This document shows positions 16,148 through 21,969 of a stretch of DNA of 24,000 nt, piece by piece. The notes beneath the pieces were generated by a model. It was not told where the DNA came from. It ran no database searches and saw only the letters and a list, made by a program, of their open reading frames with translations. Numbering within the stretch: the stretch's first letter is position 1; the number at the start of each line of letters is the position of its first letter. Made by a program: the position numbers and the translations under genes. This DNA comes from Thermoplasmatota archaeon (GTDB lineage Archaea; Thermoplasmatota; E2; DHVEG-1; B18-G2), in NCBI GenBank assembly GCA_029259115.1, contig JAPDJO010000002.1, forward strand, positions 27,937 through 51,936, in the 5' to 3' direction.

Positions 16148-17983
16148 ATGTCACAAGATAGTAGATCCAATAATTATATGGATTTTTTTATACTTGGTAT
16201 AGATAGCAATGCTAGACTTATTGCATTCAACAGAAAGTGCGAAGAGTTAACTGGTTACAGGAGGGATGAGATTCTCCATAGAAAGATATGGGGCACCATT
16301 TTTCCTAAAGAATATAGAAGGAATTGGAATAGTATATTTTTGGATAGGGTAGAAAGAATCGAGTTACCTCTCCTAGATAAAAATAGAAAGAGGCTAGATC
16401 TAGTCTGGAGTCCTATGGAAGTAGGTATCAAAGATAAAGAAATTTGGCTCATTGGAGTAGAGAGATCGGAAGAAAATAAACTCTGGGATTTTTTAGAAAT
16501 AGAAAAAGTTGGAAACCCTGTTGATAAGAAAAATAATAACGAGAATCTGAAGAAAAAGATCGATGAATTGTTAAAAGTCAAGAATTCAATAGAAATTGCA
16601 ACAAATCTTATAGAAAGACAATGGAAGAAGATAAGTGATTATGCAAAACAACTAAGCAATATGGAAAAGATTTTGGAGAAAGAAAAAAGAAAACTTGAGA
16701 AAGAGAAGAAAGAGATGGAGAAACATAGGGAAAGAGTGGAAAACCTAATGGAGAGAAAACTTTTCTATTTTGAGAGAAAACTCAGGGAAAAAACAAATAA
16801 AATTTCCAAACTAAGTGAGAGAGGATCTGTTTTAAAGAATTTGAATGAAAGATTGAGAGAGATAGAGTATATGAGCAGGGAACTAGAAGTAATGTTGAAT
16901 GGAGTGATGGAAAAAGAGGCAGAGATCAAAGATCTAGAAAAGAGAATTAACCTAGAGAAGGAAAACTTGGAGAAAGACAAAAGAGAAATCAGAATGAAGC
17001 TGAAAACCATTGAGACCAAGGAAAAGGAACTGGTAAGAAAAGAGAACGAGCTGAGAAAAAGAATCAGAGAGGTAGAGAATAAGGAGAGAGATATACAAAA
17101 TATGAAAATCAAACTGGAAAATGAAAGGAGAATATTGGAAGAAAGGATGAAAGATATTGAAAAGAGACTGGAATTAGAGAAAAATATATTCATGGAGCAA
17201 CTAGAGAGTAAATATAAAGCTGTATTTGAAAGAAAAATAAATGATCTCAAAAGAAAACTCGAAGATTATAAAACAAGAGAAAAAGAACTTAAATTAGATA
17301 TAACTCTCCTTAAAAAAAGAGAGAAGGAATTGGAGAAGGAGATAGAGAAATACAGATCTAAGGAAAAGGAGCTACTTGAGCTAGAGGAGAAGATAAATAA
17401 AGAAAGAGAAGAAATCGCTAAACTCGAAGAAGAAATCAATGCAAGGAGTAAACTGCTAGAAGAGATGGAAAACAGGGAAAGAGAAATCATATACAGGGAA
17501 AACGAACTCAGGAAGAAGGAGAAACAACTCAGGGAGAAAGAGAGAGAGCTGATAGATAGAGAGAGAGAACTCCGAGACATGCTTATAAGATCATCATTAC
17601 AAGAAACGACATTGCCTATAGTGAAAGAAACCAAAAAATTGGAACAAGAGACCGAAGAATCAAAAGATCTCTCTGAGATGGAGATCCCTGCCGCACTTGT
17701 AAGGAAAGGAATGATCCTCAAAGCAAATGAACAGTTCCTTTCTCTCACAGGACTTAGTGAAAGAGATATTACCAACAAAAGCTTCTTTTCGTTGATAGCT
17801 CCAGAAGAACTCCCAAACCTGCAGAGATATTACTTATCTAGATTAAAAGGAGCAGATATAGATTCAATCGATACTATTATAGTGAACAGCAAAAATGAAA
17901 AAATACCAGTGAAAATAAAATTAAATCAAATAAAATTAAGAGACGGTATCTTTGATTTAGCGCTTATAGAGTCGTTAGACTAG
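16148..17983 (+). CDS. PAS / long coiled-coil / PAS protein with no recognisable output domain
   Basis: 611 aa. The N-terminal ~110 aa are PAS-like (FILGIDSNARLIAFNRKCEELTGYRRDEILHRKIW). Residues ~125-490 are an uninterrupted E/K/R/L-rich heptad-type region. The C-terminal ~100 aa form a second PAS-like fold (ALVRKGMILKANEQFLSLTGLSERDITNKSFFSLIAPEE). GGAGGT lies 8 nt upstream of the ATG. Confidence 0.8.
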   Translation: MSQDSRSNNYMDFFILGIDSNARLIAFNRKCEELTGYRRDEILHRKIWGTIFPKEYRRNWNSIFLDRVERIELPLLDKNRKRLDLVWSPMEVGIKDKEIWLIGVERSEENKLWDFLEIEKVGNPVDKKNNNENLKKKIDELLKVKNSIEIATNLIERQWKKISDYAKQLSNMEKILEKEKRKLEKEKKEMEKHRERVENLMERKLFYFERKLREKTNKISKLSERGSVLKNLNERLREIEYMSRELEVMLNGVMEKEAEIKDLEKRINLEKENLEKDKREIRMKLKTIETKEKELVRKENELRKRIREVENKERDIQNMKIKLENERRILEERMKDIEKRLELEKNIFMEQLESKYKAVFERKINDLKRKLEDYKTREKELKLDITLLKKREKELEKEIEKYRSKEKELLELEEKINKEREEIAKLEEEINARSKLLEEMENREREIIYRENELRKKEKQLREKERELIDRERELRDMLIRSSLQETTLPIVKETKKLEQETEESKDLSEMEIPAALVRKGMILKANEQFLSLTGLSERDITNKSFFSLIAPEELPNLQRYYLSRLKGADIDSIDTIIVNSKNEKIPVKIKLNQIKLRDGIFDLALIESLD

Positions 17984-18832
17984 CTCTACTATTCTGTTTG
18001 TGAACACACATGGTGCAGCAGCATCAAATGTACCAGGCGCTCCTACCTCCGGAACGAAGCTGCCAGATATTGATGCTCTTGGTGGTAATCCGGTTGAGTT
18101 GAATGCAGCAGAGAGATTGACTATTATTATTGCTTTGTCTCCGACATTCATACCATAGTTCCTGTATATTGAACCATCTGCATCGTGTAAGGCTATTATT
18201 CCAAAGGTTGTTGCATTCAGAGATACGCTCAGCGTATGGAAAACTCCATCTGGACTAACCTTGGATGCAACATATCCGTCTTGGTCAGAGTATGTTAATG
18301 TAATTAGCCTATCATATTTCAGATATAATATAGTATTCTTGAGATCTATATCTTGAGAACCAGATCTTGGTCTCACAGTCAGAGCCAGATGGGTTATGTA
18401 TGTCTTATTCTCGTTTGTATAACCTACTACATCTATAACAGCTAAGCCACTCGAAATCTCTCTAGTTGTCTGCAAACCAACCTTGTTCGCTCTTTGTTGC
18501 AGAGTTTCTCCAGTTTTTATAAGAACGCTTGCTGCGACCGCAGATACCAGAATCATAGCTATAAACACTATCAGTGTACCTATACCAACGAAAGCCATTT
18601 GATCTCCTTTAAAACTCTTTTTGATTTTCCTCATTGATCTAGGCTTTATTGCCACTATTGACTTCAGATTCAAACAACCTAGCCCTTGATCAGAATCTAC
18701 GATCACAAAACCTGCATCATAATCTATTTCTTCCAAAATCCCAGAGATGACACTAGCTCTTTCCTTACCCGGCTCCTTTAATACTATCTTACAGTATCTT
18801 CCCACCAGCCTATCCATATACCTCTTCTCCAC
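17975..18832 (-). CDS. arlB4: Fourth archaellin with an in-frame N-terminal extension (Sm-like small beta-barrel pattern)
   Basis: 285-aa ORF. Residues 80-285 are a typical archaellin (FVGIGTLIVFIAMILVSAVAASVLIKTGETLQQRANKVG ... PEVGAPGTF). Residues 67-79, MRKIKKSFKGDQM, resemble a normal class III leader. Residues 1-66 are extra. There are three candidate starts. GTG 18832 has AAGGAGGTG upstream (GGAGG at 18842-18846, 9-nt spacer). ATG 18634 has no obvious SD. ATG 18598 has AAGGAG 5-6 nt upstream. Confidence 0.85.
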   Translation of the reverse strand: MEKRYMDRLVGRYCKIVLKEPGKERASVISGILEEIDYDAGFVIVDSDQGLGCLNLKSIVAIKPRSMRKIKKSFKGDQMAFVGIGTLIVFIAMILVSAVAASVLIKTGETLQQRANKVGLQTTREISSGLAVIDVVGYTNENKTYITHLALTVRPRSGSQDIDLKNTILYLKYDRLITLTYSDQDGYVASKVSPDGVFHTLSVSLNATTFGIIALHDADGSIYRNYGMNVGDKAIIIVNLSAAFNSTGLPPRASISGSFVPEVGAPGTFDAAAPCVFTNRIVELV

Positions 18833-18855
18833 TTCTCACCACCTCCTTTACGTTC

Positions 18856-18888
18856 CATTTCCCATGCCACTTGATTGCATGGGAAATG
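18856..18888 (-). promoter_or_regulatory. Perfect 12-bp-stem / 9-nt-loop inverted repeat in the predicted 5' UTR of arlB4
   Basis: CATTTCCCATGC (18856-18867) and GCATGGGAAATG (18877-18888) are exact reverse complements. The structure ends 10 nt upstream of the SD of arlB4 and about 28 nt downstream of a minus-strand TATA-like TTTAAATATT (18916-18925). Confidence 0.45.
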
Positions 18889-18915
18889 TTGTCATGTATT
18901 ATGTCTTCAAGTAAC

Positions 18916-18925
18916 AATATTTAAA
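18916..18925 (-). promoter_or_regulatory. Candidate TATA box for arlB4
   Basis: The minus strand reads TTTAAATATT. Its position predicts a transcript starting near 18890, which would place the hairpin at the extreme 5' end of the mRNA. Confidence 0.3.
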
Positions 18926-18936
18926 CCTTACTTGGA

Positions 18937-18957
18937 AAATTATCAAATTGATAATTT
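18937..18957. promoter_or_regulatory. Perfect 21-bp palindrome AAATTATCAA-A-TTGATAATTT in the divergent arlB4 / archaellin-like gene intergenic region; candidate dimeric-regulator operator
   Basis: The 10-bp arms are exact reverse complements around a single central A. The site lies just upstream of the putative arlB4 TATA and about 55 bp upstream of the TATA of the + strand gene. Confidence 0.4.
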
Positions 18958-19010
18958 GTCACATGTTCTCATGCTTCATAATATCTCGACAACATTTGTA
19001 CAATAACTCG

Positions 19011-19018
19011 TTTATAAG
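19011..19018 (+). promoter_or_regulatory. Candidate TATA box for the 19038 gene (leaderless transcript)
   Basis: TTTATAAG starts 27 nt upstream of the ATG at 19038. No SD is present, which fits a leaderless mRNA. Confidence 0.4.
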
Positions 19019-19037
19019 CAAAGTTCCAAAGTTTTAA

Positions 19038-19622
19038 ATGATGAGAGAAGCAGGGAGTACAGGAATTGCATCGGCTATCCTTCTGATAGCGATACTACTC
19101 ATGGGCAGTAGTGCAATCTATACAACAATAAGTCAGGATAGCATATCTTCAGGTGATTTCGAAAATAAGGTAAATGAAATACTAGATGACATAACCTCAT
19201 ATTTCCTAGTAAAAGAAGGCTATGCCAAAACAGACGGGAACGAAATCAAAATACTCTTACTGGTTAAACCTATCTTTGATGATCCCATCTCAATATCAAA
19301 TCTCACTCTTCAGGTAATTGATGATGATTCTATTCATGTGTTGAAACTTCACGACATATATGAAACAGGGAAAGATTTGTTTGATAGCGACCTCTGGAGC
19401 GAGATTAATCAGAGCTTTTGTATAATCCCTGTTGTTGATAGAGATGAATCCATTTCCAAAGAAAAGACGGTGAATGGAGATTTGTTTTATGTGGCCTTGT
19501 GCCTAAGAGGGATAGAAATAGGCGAAGATATTGAGATTTCTATTCTATCGGAGACAGGGTCAATTTCTGTATTAACCATCGATATACCCTTCTCCACGTC
19601 TGATGTTTTCAAGATATACTAA
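19038..19622 (+). CDS. Protein with an archaellin/type IV pilin-like N-terminus and a novel C-terminal domain
   Basis: 194 aa. MMREAGSTGIASAILLIAILLMGSSAIYTTISQDS aligns in pattern with the archaellin N-termini of this window (G-x-x-G-I-x-x-x-I-x-x-I-A-x-x-L). The remainder is acidic and beta-rich with no motif I recognise. Confidence 0.6.
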   Translation: MMREAGSTGIASAILLIAILLMGSSAIYTTISQDSISSGDFENKVNEILDDITSYFLVKEGYAKTDGNEIKILLLVKPIFDDPISISNLTLQVIDDDSIHVLKLHDIYETGKDLFDSDLWSEINQSFCIIPVVDRDESISKEKTVNGDLFYVALCLRGIEIGEDIEISILSETGSISVLTIDIPFSTSDVFKIY

Positions 19623-21157
19623 TGCCTAAAATATCTCTGTCCAGTAAATACCATTATTAGCCCATGCTCATCCGCCGCCTTTATAACTTCTTCATCCCTT
19701 ATTGATCCTCCTGGCTGAACTATGGCTTTTACTCCAGCCTCCGCAGCAAGATCGACAGCATCTCTAAATGGAAAGAACGCATCACTCGCCATTATAGAAC
19801 CTTTTATCCTGTCTTTCCCTTTATGGGTAGCGATAAATGTTGCATCAACTCTAGCTGTTTGTCCTCCTCCTATAGCTACCGTATGAGTATCTTTTACAAA
19901 GACTACAGCATTTGATTTCACATGTTTTACACATTTCACTGCAAATACCATGGATCTTATATCCTCAGCCGAAGGCTTCCTCTTTGTAACGACTTTCCAA
20001 TCCTTTGGATCTATTTCTTTAACGTCTCTATCCTGAATCAACATACCTCCAGTCACACTCCTAAAACAGATATCTTCGGACTTATCATCGATATCTGGTA
20101 CTTCTAAGAGACGAAGCCTTTTCTTTTTACCGAGAATCTGAAGAGCCCTTTCTGTAAACTTAGGGGCAACTATAACTTCTAAGAAGTATTTGGATAGATC
20201 TTCTGCTAGCTTAGAATCAACTTCTCTATTAAATGCTACAACTCCGCCAAATGGAGAGTATGTATCTGTTTCATAGGCTTTTATCCAAGCATCAAAAATG
20301 TTATCTGATGAGGCTATCCCGCAAGGAGTAGCATGTTTGATAATAACGGCTGTTGGTTCATCAAACTCTTTTACACATTCTAGAGCAGCATCAGCATCTA
20401 GTATGTTGTTGTAGGATAGCTCCTTTCCCTGAAGTTTTCTAGCATTTGCTATACATCCTTCTGCTCTCTCTGGTAGGATTTTGTAGAATGCACCTTCCTG
20501 ATGCGGATTCTCTCCGTATCTAGTCTTTTGTATCAATTCAAATGTTAGAGTTAAATTCTTTGGAAATTTCTCGTTAAGCAACCTTTTTCTTAGATAATTT
20601 GATATTATCGCATCATATCTTGCAACATGTTCAAAAGCCTCGACAGCTAGCTTTTTTCTGAACTCTTCATCTATCCCTATCTTAAGCTTTTCTATTAGCT
20701 CATCGTATCTGGATGGATTTACAACAATAAGTACATCCTCAAAATTCTTTGCTGCAGATCTTATGAGCGTAGGTCCACCGATATCTATGTTCTCTATAAC
20801 TTCATGCAAATCCACATTTTCCTTCTTTATGATCTCTTCAAAAGGATAGAGATTACATACCACTAGATCTATGGGTTTCATTGATAAATTCCTTAGAATG
20901 TTCAGATGTTCTTCTTTCTCTCTCTTTGCAAGGATGCCTGCATGAATCTTGGGGTGCAAAGTTTTTACCCTTCCATCTAATATCTCTGGAAAGCCGGTAA
21001 AATCTGATAATTCTGTGACATCTATTCCCTTTTCTTTCAAGAATCTATACGTTCCTCCGGTAGATATTATGTCAAAGTTGAGTTTCTGAAGCTCCTTGGC
21101 TAAAAAATCTACCCCTCTTTTATCATAGACACTTATCAGTGCTAATCTCTTTCCCAT
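19619..21157 (-). CDS. purH: Bifunctional AICAR transformylase / IMP cyclohydrolase
   Basis: 512 aa with SVYDKRG, STGGT and DGRVKTLHPKIHAGIL in the MGS-like IMP cyclohydrolase domain, followed by a full-length AICARFT domain. Confidence 0.92.
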   Translation of the reverse strand: MGKRLALISVYDKRGVDFLAKELQKLNFDIISTGGTYRFLKEKGIDVTELSDFTGFPEILDGRVKTLHPKIHAGILAKREKEEHLNILRNLSMKPIDLVVCNLYPFEEIIKKENVDLHEVIENIDIGGPTLIRSAAKNFEDVLIVVNPSRYDELIEKLKIGIDEEFRKKLAVEAFEHVARYDAIISNYLRKRLLNEKFPKNLTLTFELIQKTRYGENPHQEGAFYKILPERAEGCIANARKLQGKELSYNNILDADAALECVKEFDEPTAVIIKHATPCGIASSDNIFDAWIKAYETDTYSPFGGVVAFNREVDSKLAEDLSKYFLEVIVAPKFTERALQILGKKKRLRLLEVPDIDDKSEDICFRSVTGGMLIQDRDVKEIDPKDWKVVTKRKPSAEDIRSMVFAVKCVKHVKSNAVVFVKDTHTVAIGGGQTARVDATFIATHKGKDRIKGSIMASDAFFPFRDAVDLAAEAGVKAIVQPGGSIRDEEVIKAADEHGLIMVFTGQRYFRH

Positions 21158-21204
21158 GAATCTTACCCAAAGGCAATAAGAAAAGGGGAAATAAATCTTT
21201 GGAT

Positions 21205-21969
21205 TTAATTAGAAGACTTGCTGAATTTGATAGCCTCTTCCATTTCGATTTCTCCTTTGAGAACTTTAAGTGCTAATTCTCTGGATATAGTTATTCTACC
21301 ACCGCTTAGGATCCTACTTTTTCTCTGCACTTCCTTTATTTCTCCATCGGTAAATCTTCTGTCTCCATTTCCTCTTACCGATCTACCTCTTGATTTTGCT
21401 ATCCTTATAGCAGCTACCTCGTTTCTTTCCATTCTTGAGTATCCAGTTCTCTGACTCGTTTTTGTTTCATCTACTATTTCAATTCTGATATCAACATCTC
21501 TTAAACCGTCTATGATTCTATCCCTGTAAATTCTGGCATCATGGCCTATCCTTACTATCCTCTCCTTGTCTGAAAAGTCACTCAGAATTTTTCTTACTAT
21601 TCCTAAAGCCTCATCTGTGGATGATGCACACCAGGTTCTTAGAACAGTTTCACCAGAGAGGAGGGCTATACCAGGGTACTCCCCTGGATCTATTCCTATC
21701 ACGATCTCGTCACTATTTCCATGTAAAATTTGCATAGCCCTATCCAATGCAGAATCTATGTCTCTAAAACAGTCAGCATATACGACCTTCCTTCCGCCTA
21801 TATCTTTACCCTCAGCTGAAGATGTTATAATGACACCAACCTTATGCGGTATTCTATCTATGGAGTGTAAATGAATATAATCTATGCCTCTTTCATTCAT
21901 CTTATTCATTATGTCATGTGCTAGCGAGAAATCCTTTGTGTATATCCCCACTATCTTCATCTTTCCCAC
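21205..21969 (-). CDS. Conserved hypothetical protein with an RNase H-fold (RuvC/YqgF-like) core
   Basis: 254 aa. IVIGIDPGEYPGIALL (the first acidic-residue strand typical of RuvC/YqgF folds) is followed by IEIVDETKTS (a second acidic motif), with a basic C-terminal tail. It overlaps the upstream cca ORF by 13 nt. The functional call is tentative. Confidence 0.45.
   Translation of the reverse strand: MGKMKIVGIYTKDFSLAHDIMNKMNERGIDYIHLHSIDRIPHKVGVIITSSAEGKDIGGRKVVYADCFRDIDSALDRAMQILHGNSDEIVIGIDPGEYPGIALLSGETVLRTWCASSTDEALGIVRKILSDFSDKERIVRIGHDARIYRDRIIDGLRDVDIRIEIVDETKTSQRTGYSRMERNEVAAIRIAKSRGRSVRGNGDRRFTDGEIKEVQRKSRILSGGRITISRELALKVLKGEIEMEEAIKFSKSSN

Noticed and set aside
16765-17778. Two minus-strand ORFs (161 aa and 170 aa) inside the PAS/coiled-coil gene, and the impression of a purine-rich tandem repeat or CRISPR-like array
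   Set aside because: The region is GAA/AAG/AGA-rich because it encodes a long E/K/R coiled coil. The antisense ORFs are S/L/F low-complexity artefacts. There is no fixed-length repeat-spacer periodicity, so it is neither a CRISPR array nor a true tandem DNA repeat.
19619-21157. Full-length bacterial-type purH in an archaeon as a possible horizontal transfer signal
   Set aside because: Fused PurH occurs in a number of archaeal lineages. The local composition and codon usage look like the rest of the window, and no mobility genes flank it.
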